Positions 21,191-33,249 of a stretch of 64,000 nucleotides of DNA are shown piece after piece. The DNA is from Eukaryota sp. TZLM1-RC (Eukaryota; Protista; Metamonada: BaSk clade): NCBI GenBank assembly GCA_040285825.1, contig JAUPSS010000004.1, positions 4,741,784-4,805,783 on the forward strand, in the 5' to 3' direction. Below the pieces are notes generated by a model. That model was not told the origin of the DNA and searched no databases. It saw nothing but the letters and a program-made list of their open reading frames with translations. How positions within the stretch are numbered: position 1 is the stretch's first letter; every line of letters begins with the position of its first letter. Both the position numbers and the translations under genes were made by a program.

Positions 21191-24100
21191 ATGCCTCCGA
21201 CTATTCTTCGGTTTATACCATTCCTGAAGCGTCGACCGAACACAAGAAGCCGTCGTCTTCAAGACAATGTTGTAGAAGTAACCTCTGCTGAACAGGAAGC
21301 TGACATCCCTGTAATTGAAACTCAAAACCCCCTTCTTTCCATACCACTTTCCTCTCGTGCTCCCCCAAGTCCTCCTCCACCACTCTCAAATGCTGAACCC
21401 TGTACCACTCCCATCATAGTTGACGAACATCAGGGAAATTCTCAAAGTATGGTCGTAGCATCAGAGGGTAAAATTTCTGAAGATCAAATTGTAGAGAATT
21501 TAGAAGAAGATGAAATTTCAGCAGAGAATTCAGAAGAAAATGAAATTTCTGAAGATCAAATTGTAGAGAATTCAGAAGAAAATGAAATTTCAGCAGAGAA
21601 TTCAGAAGAAAATGAAATTTCTGAAGATCAAATTGTAGAGAATTCAGAAGAAAATGAAATTTCAGCAGAGAATTCAGAAAAAAATCAAATTTCTGTAGAT
21701 CAAATTGTAGAGAATTTAGAAGAAAATGAAATTTCAGCAGAGAATTCAGACGAAAATGAAATTTCAGCAGAGAATTCAGACGAAAATGAAATTCCTGAAG
21801 ATCAAATTGTAGAGAATTCAGACGAAAATGAAATTCCTGAAGATCAAATTGTAGAGAATTCAGAAGAAAATGAAATTCTTGAAGATCAAATTGTAGAGAA
21901 TTTAGAAGAAAAAGAAATTCCTGAAGATCAAATTGTAGAGAATTTAGAAGAAAATGAAATTGCTGAAGATCAAATTGTAGAGAATTTAGAAGAAAATGAC
22001 CTTTTTTTGACCCCTTTTGAGCCTGAGTCCCTTGATACAACCCTTGATCCCTTTGAATCTCTTCCTTTTGTTGCAGGCGTGTTTATCTTCCGAATATTCC
22101 AGCTCTATCCTGTCCTGATCCCTTCTGATCTCACTTCATCACCCCACTTCTCTTTCTTCAATGGTGACTCCTACCTTGTCCTCAAATCCAGAGGCATATC
22201 CCCTTCCCTCACCCATACCCTTCATGTTTGGATTGGATCCAAGACCGGTCCTGATGTGGCTGGAGCTGCCGCCAGATGGGCTTTATTATTAAATCAAGAG
22301 CTAAACCTTTCTACAGCTGCTATAAGAGAAGAAGAGGGTTTTGAATCTGATCTTTTTAAATCCTATTTTGATGAGATAAATATTGTTTCAGGTGGTTGTG
22401 GTTCTACATTCCGTCCTCCCAAACCTCCTCTTCCACCTTCTCTCTTCATTGTTAATGATTCAGAATGTGGATTACCATTGATCTCTCCATGCCAAGCTAC
22501 AACCACAGACTTTATTCAAACATCATCCCCGAAACATTGTTACATTCTTTCAACCAATGAGAATGTTGTTTCTATCATTGGTGATTCTGCTTCTTCTACC
22601 GTAAGAGCCAGGACGTTGTATGCCGCTAGGTTGTTTTTGGCTGATTACGCGGGAAGGTCAAAATTAAAGACTATTTATCTCTCAGAATTCAAAGCTGGTT
22701 TTGATCCTCTTTGTAGCTTTATCACCTCCAACCTGTGTTTTAACAATGTTGACTTTGAACCACCCACCACCAGCGATGTTCATGTGTACTGTCTCCACTA
22801 TCAATTCGACGTCGATGCCATCAAATACAATGCAGATGGCAGCTTGAATGAAGACATTGAGGATGATGATTCAGATACTGTTGCATTGTCAATCACTGAT
22901 CTCGGGAGCGCTTCTTTTCCGAGCACCAAACTTCTCTACTCACAGGCATGTTTCCTCTTTTCAATGGATGATCGTCTCTTTTATTGGCTTGGGTCTGACA
23001 CTGATGACTTACTACGAAAAGCAGTTGTCTCAGTTGCTCAAGAACTTACATCTCAGCCATTATACAAGGTTAATCAAGGTTTAGAATCTGGCTTTTTTAA
23101 AATAATATTCCGAAACTGGGAAGGTCGACAAGTTCGCTCACCAGAGATTGATGAAGATTCCGAAGAAGAAAGCGATGAGGAATGCGATGAAGAAGATCCA
23201 CTAGAAAGGATCAAAAAGAAGCAGGAATTTATCAGACCTTTGATTGATGATGACGTGATTGATTGCAGTGCCCCCACTGATGGAAAAATTGAAGTTTACC
23301 ATTTATGTGAGACTAATATACAAACCCTTTCTCAACAGGATGTTGGGCATTTCTATTCAACTGATAGCTACGTCATTGTCCTTACCCAATTAGTGGAACG
23401 TTTAGGGGCATCTGATCATTTGGAATTCACCATCTATTTTTGGAAAGGATCACTATCTCCACCAATACATGCTATTCAGTTTCAGACAGTCTTGCTACCA
23501 CTTTTGAAAGAAATTATTTCCAATTCTGGTGGTGGTGATAAGCCCAAGGTGTGGTTTGTTAATGAAGGAGAGGAGACGGGACATTTTATTGCTTTGTTAA
23601 ATGGATTTTTTGTTTCACATTTCAAAAAGAATTTAGAAGTTGGACTTTATCAAATAAGTGGAAAGAGCTCAACTACAAGAGCTACCCAAGTTCACCCCCG
23701 CCCTCTCTCCTCCAATTTATGCTTCCTCCTCTACTCACCTACGTACTCCTATCTATGGCTGGGAGAGGACTGTGGTAAAGAGGAAAGAGATAGCGCAAGG
23801 GAACTGGTAGGTGAGATGTTTAAGGAAGTGAAGGAGCTGGTAGAAACTCAGAAGAGGAGGGAACCTGGTAGGTTTGTTTCTTTGTTGAGGCAGCTGGGTG
23901 GGAAGTTGAGTCATTTAAAACGACCCTTTATGCCTAGACTGTTTACCTTAAAAGTAACAAACGAGGGGAAAGTGTATATTTATAGAGAGCCCATTATTTC
24001 AAAGTCTTTATTGCATTCAAGAAGCGTGAATATTTTAGATTGCAGTGCTCAAATCTTTGTTTGGAAAGGAACTTACTCAAGTGAGCTTTTGACTTCAAGG

Positions 24101-24562
24101 GCGATTGAATCTGTAGAGTTTTACTTGGCATTTATTGAATCAGATGCAAGTTTTTCTGTTATTTCACAAGGAGAAGAGCCTCTGGATTTCATTGCTGAGT
24201 TTGCGGGTTGGATTGGGGAAATCAAAAAATCAAAGAGTGAGACTTTTTATGACCCACTTGCTGAGAAACGCGATCAATGGATCAAAAAAGGGAGAGAAGA
24301 ACTCAAAAAAGCCCATATTGAAAAGGACAAACAAAGACGTTACAAGGCCCTTTTGTATCATTTATTACTGTCCTATAGCTATGAAAAGAATTTTGCACTT
24401 CAAGTCTTAGTTAAAATTACCAAGTTTATGGCTAGGAGTAACAAAACGTGTGAATTTCCAAACAAATGTTACTGTTCTTTTTACTGTATGTATCAAGTTC
24501 TGGAGAAGAGCAACAGTGTCAAGTATGAAGTTCGTCAAATTTTAAATCAATTCGAATCATAG
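21191..24562 (+). CDS. Villin/gelsolin/flightless-family actin-binding protein with an acidic N-terminal repeat
   Basis: Gelsolin repeats: FFNGDSYLVL...HVWIGS, REEEGFESDLFKSYF, GHFYSTDSYVIV, IYFWKG, VNEGEETGHF, IFVWKG...QGEEPLDF. Confidence 0.88.
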   Translation: MPPTILRFIPFLKRRPNTRSRRLQDNVVEVTSAEQEADIPVIETQNPLLSIPLSSRAPPSPPPPLSNAEPCTTPIIVDEHQGNSQSMVVASEGKISEDQIVENLEEDEISAENSEENEISEDQIVENSEENEISAENSEENEISEDQIVENSEENEISAENSEKNQISVDQIVENLEENEISAENSDENEISAENSDENEIPEDQIVENSDENEIPEDQIVENSEENEILEDQIVENLEEKEIPEDQIVENLEENEIAEDQIVENLEENDLFLTPFEPESLDTTLDPFESLPFVAGVFIFRIFQLYPVLIPSDLTSSPHFSFFNGDSYLVLKSRGISPSLTHTLHVWIGSKTGPDVAGAAARWALLLNQELNLSTAAIREEEGFESDLFKSYFDEINIVSGGCGSTFRPPKPPLPPSLFIVNDSECGLPLISPCQATTTDFIQTSSPKHCYILSTNENVVSIIGDSASSTVRARTLYAARLFLADYAGRSKLKTIYLSEFKAGFDPLCSFITSNLCFNNVDFEPPTTSDVHVYCLHYQFDVDAIKYNADGSLNEDIEDDDSDTVALSITDLGSASFPSTKLLYSQACFLFSMDDRLFYWLGSDTDDLLRKAVVSVAQELTSQPLYKVNQGLESGFFKIIFRNWEGRQVRSPEIDEDSEEESDEECDEEDPLERIKKKQEFIRPLIDDDVIDCSAPTDGKIEVYHLCETNIQTLSQQDVGHFYSTDSYVIVLTQLVERLGASDHLEFTIYFWKGSLSPPIHAIQFQTVLLPLLKEIISNSGGGDKPKVWFVNEGEETGHFIALLNGFFVSHFKKNLEVGLYQISGKSSTTRATQVHPRPLSSNLCFLLYSPTYSYLWLGEDCGKEERDSARELVGEMFKEVKELVETQKRREPGRFVSLLRQLGGKLSHLKRPFMPRLFTLKVTNEGKVYIYREPIISKSLLHSRSVNILDCSAQIFVWKGTYSSELLTSRAIESVEFYLAFIESDASFSVISQGEEPLDFIAEFAGWIGEIKKSKSETFYDPLAEKRDQWIKKGREELKKAHIEKDKQRRYKALLYHLLLSYSYEKNFALQVLVKITKFMARSNKTCEFPNKCYCSFYCMYQVLEKSNSVKYEVRQILNQFES
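21470..21998 (+). repeat. Coding minisatellite of 39-bp and 30-bp units (SEENEISEDQIVEN-like / SEENEISAEN)
   Basis: Tandem GAAGAAAATGAAATTTCTGAAGATCAAATTGTAGAGAATT variants, in frame, with no unique spacers. Confidence 0.92.
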
Positions 24563-24894
24563 TATAAATGTTTAAATTCTTTTGGACTCAGCTGATTTTA
24601 CCATTTAATTAAGAGATCGTTTTGATTGTCATTTGCAATCACTACAACTAGATTGTATTGTATTTTAATAGCGTTTATCAATGTTGCTATAATAAATTGT
24701 GTTTTTGATTTCCTCATTTCCTTATCAATCTGCTGTCTTTTTAAGATATTTCTAATTTCAGATCAATTGTAACAAAGAGTTATAGATTCAGTAAATAATG
24801 TTCATTGTAACAATTTCGATAAAATAGATTAGAATTACGGTATTATACAAAGACACTAATCTTTATTACATCACATAGTTTAATCAAAAACTGC

Positions 24895-25072
24895 TCAACA
24901 GAATTGTATTTTCAATTCATAAAGGTGTTGTCCCCCCCCCCAATAGCTTCTGCTGTATTATCTCTTGGTCTTTTTTATGAAGGAAAAACTTCCAGTCAAT
25001 TTTTTAGCTGAATTGGTGTATGGAAGTTTAGAATTTTGAGTTTGTTGTTGAGTTTCTTGTTGGAATAAATTA
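24895..25072 (+). mobile_element. CRE-B 3' terminal relic
   Basis: AGAATTGTATTTTCAATT.ATAAAGGTGTTGT...TATGAAGGAAAAACTTCCAGTCAATT matches 32120-32220. Confidence 0.6.
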
Positions 25073-25452
25073 AGTCAAAGAAAAACAACTACTGAAAGAA
25101 ATTACTACTGCAAGAGATATTCAAACAATCCATCGGCTTCTTTGTATTGACTAGACTTTATGGAATGAAAGAATGTCAATTTCAACGAATTTTTGTCACC
25201 CGTGAAAAGCAATGGATTATGGCGGTGATCATCAAACAATCTGTGTTAGTGAACTGAAGGTGTTTTAAAAGTTGCTGATGCTCTTCCACCGTTTGAAAAT
25301 GGTTAGCAACACGGTGGCTGCAACCTATTGATTTTTCTTTGATAAACAATCAAGTTCAACTACAATAATAAAGAGTGTGCGATTGGAATCTATTTCTATT
25401 CTGATTCAATATCTGATTTCTATTTTGAGAATCACGATAGGTGACGTTACTG

Positions 25453-28400
25453 ATGGCGTCTACTATATCATCGACAGTTTCTATGTGTGTCTTAATTGTG
25501 GACTCATCACAGAAGAGGCTCTCATTCAAATGCCCACCGTCTTGAAACTTTGCTGTTCAAGTTCATACTTGATACGCAGTCGCTCAAATCCCGTTACAAC
25601 ATCCTAAGTATCATTAACTGGATTCTTCCTCTTCTTCAAATAATTGGTTTCACTGGACGCATCGTTTCGTTTCCTTCCTTCTTAGACATTCAACCGATTC
25701 TCAACCTGACATCACTGCCGTTCTATGATGATTTTACATCTGTTAAAGCTTCCTTCGTTCTAATTGGTGTGTCACTGCTGGTTTTGTTTACAGTTAGCAT
25801 TACTGCTCTGCTTGCGTTCACCAGTTTTGCCGCTAAAACCTCCCTCTTCGTTCGGTTCCTGTACAAACCTCTACATGAATCCCTTTCTGGTTTTCTCTTC
25901 TTCCCGTGCCTTGCTTTCCTGGTCTCTTTTCTTCCATGTACTGTTCGGTCTACCTCTGAACTCTCATTTACCCCAAATGTGTTTGACATTCAATGCGCTA
26001 GTCTGCCTAGTGTCGCACTACGGGCTTGGTGTATCTTAGTCATTGGCATTTTACTATTCCTCAAGTACACTCACATTTGCACAATTGACGACTACCAATT
26101 CACAAAGAATATAATTGCAGTTTCCAACTCCTCCACTATCATGCATTACACCCTTTCCCAGGTTCTAATTGTTGCCTTCTTCTTCTTGTTTCACCATAGG
26201 TACTGGGAGTTTCGGGTTCTGTATCTCTTGTGCTCTGTTTACATCTCGGTCCTTGTATACAAACATCTTCCCTTTGTCAATCCCAGAGTAAACGTTTTGG
26301 CCTTGTCTGGCCTTGGAGTTTGGGTAGGGAGTGCTTTGGGGTTTTTTATTTATTCTATTGTTTTTCAATTTACTGAACCTAGTATTTACTTTAACGTTAG
26401 TCTTTTCTACAGCATTTGTTTAGTTTTTGGTGTTGTGTTTGGTGTTTTCACTCATTTAAGGCTAATTAGATTAGAAACTCAACTGGATGAATTACAATCT
26501 GCTCTGGAGTCGGCAGAAGTAGTTTCGGAAGATGGAACGTTGGCAAACTCTATTGATATTTCTCAATTTGACCTCAGTTCTTTTAATTTAAATTCTCCTT
26601 CTTCCATTGATGCTTACTCTCGATGCATTGGAGTGAAAGAAAGAGAATTGAAGAACTCTGCTGCTCTTAGTTGCTTATATCATCATGCAGATTCTTTCTT
26701 TGGTCATTCCATTAGATTTGTTTTTTTAAAAACTAGATTTGAATTGAATATAATTAAAGAACATTTGAGTGCTGGCGTCTCACTCAACTGTTTGAAAGAG
26801 TTTATTGAAGATTTTTCCTTTTATCACCGATTTCTTCTCTTCAAATATTCCCAAATTTTGGATACTCTGAGAAGAGCTCAGTCCACAGGAATGAACGTTG
26901 ATTCCACCATGTTTCTCCAACAGCAACACATGACCAAAGAAGTTCAAGCCCTTCATAAGGAAACCCTGGAAGGTCTCTTTGCTTTTTGGTCAACTCTTTC
27001 AACTGATACTGTTGATTTGTCAAGATTACCGAATATTTTAGGCGGAGTTCAAAAATCAAAAACAAAACTCAATGATCTTTTGTCTAAAATGATGCAACAA
27101 CATGGCGAACAAAAGTTTTTACTGGAATCCTATGCGGCCTATCTCAAAGAAATTGAGTGTGACGATGAAAGATCTGCTTTCATTCTTGAACAGGTAAGCT
27201 TACTAAGCAACTCTGAACGAACCAGTGCTGTTGGCTCTTCTGTGGGTTCAATTGGGCAGTCTTTGTCTGGTAAACCTAAAGAAAAATCAAGGGTTAGGTC
27301 AAGAAGATTAGGAGTGTTACAGGCTGGCAATACCACCAAAACTAGTAAGAGTGCGATTGTTTCACTCAAATTTGCAGTTAATCTGGCATTACTTATAATG
27401 TTTGCTCTTTCGCTGGTTTCGTGGTTCATTTCATCTCTATTCCTGCAGCAAACACATGACTCTTTTGTTCAACTCTATGAAGGTGTACACGTTGATTCTT
27501 CAAGTCAGTTACAAGGTCTTTATTTGTTGAGATCGTTAGTTGACGGGGTTAGTGGGGGTGAGCAGTTGAGATTTGGTAGAATGGTTGCAAAGGAAGCAGA
27601 ACATTTAAACTTTCATTTAAGACGATTGGTTTTCCTTGATGATCCTGGCGTAAGTTCCTCTGCTTGTGAACGTACAACTCATGACTTTGCCCCTTCCAGT
27701 GAAACATTGCGTGAATATTTCATTGAGCCAAATTTAGCATCATTCACTGTCCATGATTATATCCCGATTCAAGAGTCTTCAAGAGTCTTGTCGTTTTGGA
27801 CCTTGGGTCTTCGTCATTCTCAACTCTCAGCCGTTGCTTCCACTGAACTTGAGTTGAATAGTGACCTTCCCTTTAGTAGCATAAGGACCATTCTCTTATC
27901 CTCTCAAACAGTTTTTTCCGCAGTGAGATCCTTTTATGATTTTGTTGTTGGTAATTTCGAATATGATGCCTCCTGGTCTATTATTTTTCAAGCTATTGCC
28001 GCAGTCGTTATCTTTGCTATCATTGCAGTAATTGGGTTTGGGTTCTTCGCTAGATCTTTTTCTAAAATAAGCGATGAAAGGAACGGTATATTGAACTTAT
28101 TCCTTTATATTCCTAAAAATGAAGTTAATAGAATTTTGAGTGATGAAAAGTTCTACTTTTTGACAAGAAAGAGAAAACATCACAGAATAGCAGAAGAGAA
28201 CCTAAATGAATTTGTTGAATCTGAATCTGACCATGATGCTATTAAACCAGTCAATAACTTGGTTTCCCCTTTATACGTCGACATTCCTACATCCAGTGAA
28301 GTTACTGACCCTCAACCAATCAATCAATCAAATCATAAGAGTGTTTCTGCTGGTTCTAATATTTTATATGTTGCTTCCTTTTTAATGTCAACTATTGTTT

Positions 28401-30730
28401 TAGTCTTAGTCGTAGTCCTTTGCAGCAGAGTCGATGATAGTGTATCAGACATTACTTCCGCTTTTGATCTCTCTTGCTCAGTAAGATCGAGGGCAGCTGA
28501 TGCTACAATCACCCATAGACTTATCTCCACTTATATCCATTATTATTCAGGTTTTGGTGATCCGTTTTTCCTGAATGCATACAGTGAATTATCTAATTCT
28601 GGTTATGTGGAATCAGCAATACAAGAAATACTGCACATGAATCTTGCTAATGATGAGTTGTCCGCCATTGCTCAAGGTAACACTCATTTAAATGAAATTC
28701 ACTATTTGGAGCAAATTTCCGTTTTCCTTCTCTCTCATGTGTTTGATTTTCCTGATGAAGTTCTTCATGACGCTGGTGATTTCCAATACAACATCTCTAC
28801 TGAAACTGTGGCCTTTAAACGAAAGCTAGAGTTCCCTGAAGTTGATCCTTGGTACTCCAACCATTACGATGATTCTCAGCTTTCAAAGGATGAAATGCAA
28901 ACATTAGCACAACACACAATAAACTCTCCTAGGTGGATGAACATTAATTCAAGGTTCATGGCTGCTTTGGAAGGTGTACCTAATTCTGTGATTGATTCCA
29001 GAATGGAGGAAATTACAAACACTGTGGTTGATGTTAATTTCAATTTACGAGTTATTTTGGTCTTAATTGCCATTTCCGCTTTGTTGTTTTTATTAGGAGT
29101 TTTTGTATTTGTAAAGGTCTTGATTAGCAAAAGATTGAGATTTGGAAAAGGATTTTTGATTTTATTATCAATTCTTATATCATTAGGTTTCGCAGCATCA
29201 GCATTTTCTTCTCTCAACACGTCATCTTATTTCCATTCTCTTGATGATTTAACTCAAGAAGGTATTGATCTGTTTACCTTCATTATCCAAACCGAACACC
29301 TCTTTCATGGTATCAAAAGAACCCCTCAGGTTATGGCATATGAGAATTTTGACTATACGTTAAGATTCTCAGGTAGATTGGATCAGCTCAATGACAATAT
29401 GGATATTTTGAATGAGCAATCATTATGTAAGCTAGAAAAGACGTCATCTTTATGCCAGACCATTGCTACCCAAACATCACAAATTTCGGATTTATTAGAG
29501 CCAATTATGGAAAGAATCATGATTTCAGCTCGACTCAAGCATTCATCAATGGATATCGATTCTTACAATCTGTCTCATATTACTTGGACTGAAGACTCCA
29601 CTAGTGATGCCTCCTGGGAATTACCAAATGGATTGTACCTTACTAATGACGAAGATGATTTAGCCTTGGATTCTGAACAAAAGCGCCTCCTTTCGATGGC
29701 ACTTTTGTCATCAAGAAGTTATGAGGAAATGACAAGCACTGTTGCTGATGTGTTTGGAGAACTTCGTCACTCTACTTTGACTACCCTTAGAGAATTGCTC
29801 AATACTGAAGTTAACCAAATTAATCTATTCTCATCTATTGTAGTTTATTTGGCTTATTCTATAATGATTAGTGTAGGAGTTTGCATCATTACTTTCCTTA
29901 TTGGTGGTAGCAAGAAACGAGAGGAGCTGAGTTTTGTGCAGCAACGTGTCAAAATATCTTCTGTTAGCAGATTCACTCGGCATTATAGAAATGCTTTGAT
30001 TGGATTGTCATTTGTTTTGCTGTGTTTCTATTTATTATGTATTTATGGCTTTTACTCTTTGGCTTCATATCCTCAATATTTCGCCAATCTTGGCCAGAGA
30101 TCCTCTTTGATCTCTTCTACTTGTGCACATTTAGCTGAAAGTTGCGCAATTCCAAGCAGCCATGAAAGAGCCAACAGAGATGCCTTCACTAGCTCATCAG
30201 ATTTGATTGAAAAACACAACGAATTGATTCCTGGGTTATTAAGATCAGGCTCTGATCAAACAGCTTTGCTTTTCAATACAGCTTTTGATGACGATCAACG
30301 ATATTTCTTTTTTAAAAATATGACTGACAAGGAAAATGTTCATGGATTGCATTCACTCTTAATCTATTTCGTTGAAAGTGTTGAAAAATTTTCAGGGAAA
30401 GAGCAGGGTATTGACCATTCCTGCTCTGGTAACACCTTTCACCATATTTTAGATGCTGGGTCCCTCTTGGCAGAATTAGCAATGGACAGTATTGATCATT
30501 TTTTTACCTATATTTCAAGTGAGCGTCAATTCTTTAACACCATTTTGCTGGTTATCTTTGTTGTTTTTGTTGTAGTTTTATTCTTTTGCTACACTTTGGT
30601 ATTTAGGACTATGTTGTCCACTCTGCGCGAAGAAGAAGAAACTACTGTGTCTTTTCTGGACATGTTATCTGATCACATTGTTGAGCAGTCAGTTTTGTTG
30701 AGAAAGTATATGGCCGAAGCCGAAATTTAG
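25453..30730 (+). CDS. Large multi-pass membrane protein, TmcB/TmcC (tiny macrocysts)-like; probable 28-nt intron 25485-25512
   Basis: 1744 aa ORF: N-terminal TM cluster, helical region with FWSTL and YAAYLKEI, repeated TM/extracellular modules, C-terminal LREEEETTVSFLDML. Splicing GTGTGT...CACAG supplies an in-frame ATG at 25453. Confidence 0.7.
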
Positions 30731-30863
30731 TATTTATTTGTATAAGTATTTTTTAATTTATAAACGACATTTTTGACTTCATACTTTTTTAGACAATCGT
30801 AACTCATTCCCCTCAACAAAAGGGCACCAAACATTTTAGAAAGTACCTCAAGTTATGATTCAA

Positions 30864-30937
30864 GCTCTCTTAGCTCAGTTGGTTAGAGCGTCGTGCTAAT
30901 AACGCGAAGGTCACAGGTTCGATCCCTGTAGTGAGCA
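30864..30937 (+). tRNA. tRNA-Ile(AAT)
   Basis: Cloverleaf; anticodon arm TCGTG-CTAATAA-CGCGA, GGTTCGATCCC T-arm, followed by TTTTT. Confidence 0.95.
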
Positions 30938-31059
30938 TTTTTCTGCGTGGTGAGGTTTCACCTCAAAATATGCTTTGTCTGTCCATGTGAGTTCTACGTG
31001 TGATTCTTTTGGTCATCCCGCTGAACGAATGACAGGGTGAATTTTTTTCATTATATTTA

Positions 31060-32295
31060 TTGATTATTATGGCAGAACAAAATTGTGTTTTCAATTTTTA
31101 AAGCTGTTGTCCCGTTATTATCTTCTGTTTTATTATCTCTAGGTCAATTTATGAAGGAAAAACTTCCAGTCAATTCTCTTCGGCTGATTTGGGATACGAA
31201 GTTCTTGAATTTGAATTTGTTTAGAAAGGAATAAATTAAATTTTATTTGAAAGAAATTTACAAACAATAATTTTCTTAGAGACCTACAAAATGATCTTGA
31301 TTGTTTGCCCTCGGAAATCTAGAATAAATGTTTTCCCGACAATGTGCAGGAAATACCATCTAGAACACTAGTTAATTTGAGGTATTGTGTTAAAAAATTG
31401 CAACAAAAGTTAACAATAATTTTTGAAGACTTGGATTTTAATGTTCGTCTTGGCTCGGCCAAAAAAGATCATCCCGCTTTCGCAAATTTTTTGTTAGATG
31501 CCCAAAACAGTTCCTCTTCGTGTTTAATTACTCAGATTCCTCAAATTTATGTTTTCGTTGTTCTATTTGGTTTGATAACGTGTCTCATAATTTGATTTGT
31601 AAATGTGGATCACAAATTTCTCCAAATCATTTATTCGATTGTAAACATTTGATTACTTTCCGATCAAAAGTTCATGATGCAGTAAGAGATCAACTCTATT
31701 GTATGTCAAAATCACATAGAATTGTTTCCTATTTAGAACCATTACTTTCCCGTTTGGTTGAAGATTTTTTGAATTCGTTTGGTCGAAATAGAGGTGATTT
31801 AATGCTTGAAGGTCTTGAAGGTACTACCATTATTACAGATGTGAGATCCACTGATGTCTGTAATGATTTTTTTATTCCAATGGCTCAATCAAAATATAGG
31901 GACCCCTAACTGTTTCGGAAAAAGCCAAAATTGACAAACAAATATACTGCAAAATTGTTATCCTTGAATGCAGAATCGCATACTCGCTATGTCCTCTGTC
32001 CATTTGCAGTTTCCCTTCATGGAACACTTGGACCTCTTGCTTTATCTTTTCTGGATGATTTTGTCCAAATTGTGCAATAACGTACTGGAAGAGTTTTTGA
32101 CAAGAGATTTTGGCAAATCAGGATTGTATTTTCAATTTTCAAAGGTGTTGTTCCCTTATTATCTTCAACTTTGTTATCTCTTGGACGCTTTTATGAAAGA
32201 AAAACCTCGAGTCAATTCTTCTTGGCTGATTTGGGTTATGAAGACATGGAATTTTAATCTGGTCGTATAGTTTGTTTTTGTTGGCATAAATAAAT
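31060..32295 (+). mobile_element. Two tandem CRE-B relics (short 3' end at about 31060-31240, longer RLE fragment at about 31240-32295)
   Basis: CKCG...HLFDCKH...VHDAVRDQLY...LEPLL...RGDLML...TDV. The 3' end is duplicated and each copy ends AATAAAT. Confidence 0.78.
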
Positions 32296-32376
32296 TATAT
32301 TTAAAAGAGGCATTGGAAAGAGTATGGTGAATTGCATACACAAATACATGTATTCCTGCTTTGGCTGTCCAAAAAC

Positions 32377-32458
32377 CGCGAGAAGTGAGATTCGAACTCA
32401 CGCGGGGAAACCCCACTTGTTTTCTAGACAAGCGCCATAACCGCTCGGCCATCCTCGC
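32377..32458 (-). tRNA. tRNA-Ser(AGA)
   Basis: Anticodon arm CTTGT-CTAGAAA-ACAAG, long variable arm GGGG-TTT-CCCC, G73, T-run downstream. Confidence 0.93.
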
Positions 32459-32620
32459 TGACTTTTATATGCACCTGGAAATGTAAAGACATATAGTAGT
32501 TCATCAATTTCAAAGAAAGAAGAACCTGATCGTTCGCTGGCTTCGCTTCCAAACCTAACTTCTGTTGCTGTCACCTCTTTAAAAGATGGGATTAAGTTCC
32601 ATGTCCTCCCTGATTCTGTT

Positions 32621-33037
32621 ATGGAATTGTTTATTCATAGAACATTTGACTTTCCCAATGCAAAAATCCCACCCTATCTCCGTAAAATTAGGTTTGGAGA
32701 GGCCCCTCTTTTAGGTTTCATTGCTGAACCTATTGAGTTTTCATTCATAACCAAGTTGTCTCAGCAAAAGTATCTAAAGGAAGTAGCTATTGAAGGTGGA
32801 CGTCCCATCTTTGATTCATTGTCAGATGCGGAGGTTAATCAATTGAAACAGTTGAAGTGCCGATTCATTTTCAATCTATGTGATTGTCAACATCAGAAAG
32901 CTGAAGATGATCAGTTTGTTTGTGAAAAGTGTCAAGATGAGATTGAAGCTTGCTTTGCAATTGTTGTGTTGAATTCTCTGGTGAGGATTGGCTCATCTAG
33001 TTTTTTTAGATTGTTGTTTAAAATATGTTCAAGTTGA
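32621..33037 (+). CDS. Hypothetical protein or gene fragment (weakly leucine-rich, Cys pairs)
   Basis: 138 aa ORF; the frame is also open for a short distance upstream. No recognised motif. Confidence 0.3.
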   Translation: MELFIHRTFDFPNAKIPPYLRKIRFGEAPLLGFIAEPIEFSFITKLSQQKYLKEVAIEGGRPIFDSLSDAEVNQLKQLKCRFIFNLCDCQHQKAEDDQFVCEKCQDEIEACFAIVVLNSLVRIGSSSFFRLLFKICSS

Positions 33038-33249
33038 AGTTTGTAATTTACTAAATGGAGAACTTACTTATTGTTCAGCAAGCAGCATGGCACATAATGA
33101 AGTTAGAGAAGTCAACAATATGGGTTGATGATTTCCCATGATCATAACCATTTATTATTGTCACAAAATGGCCCATTATGGGGTTCAATTGTTTTAATAA
33201 TAATGAAACTAAAAAAATAAATTAAAATTATATATAAAATATGAGAATG

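Noticed and set aside
21470-21998. CRISPR-like array
   Set aside because: No unique spacers; units are in-frame coding repeats inside a eukaryotic gene.
30937-32377. tRNA-gene-targeted insertion of CRE-B
   Set aside because: One locus only; the other CRE-A and CRE-B copies are not near tRNAs.
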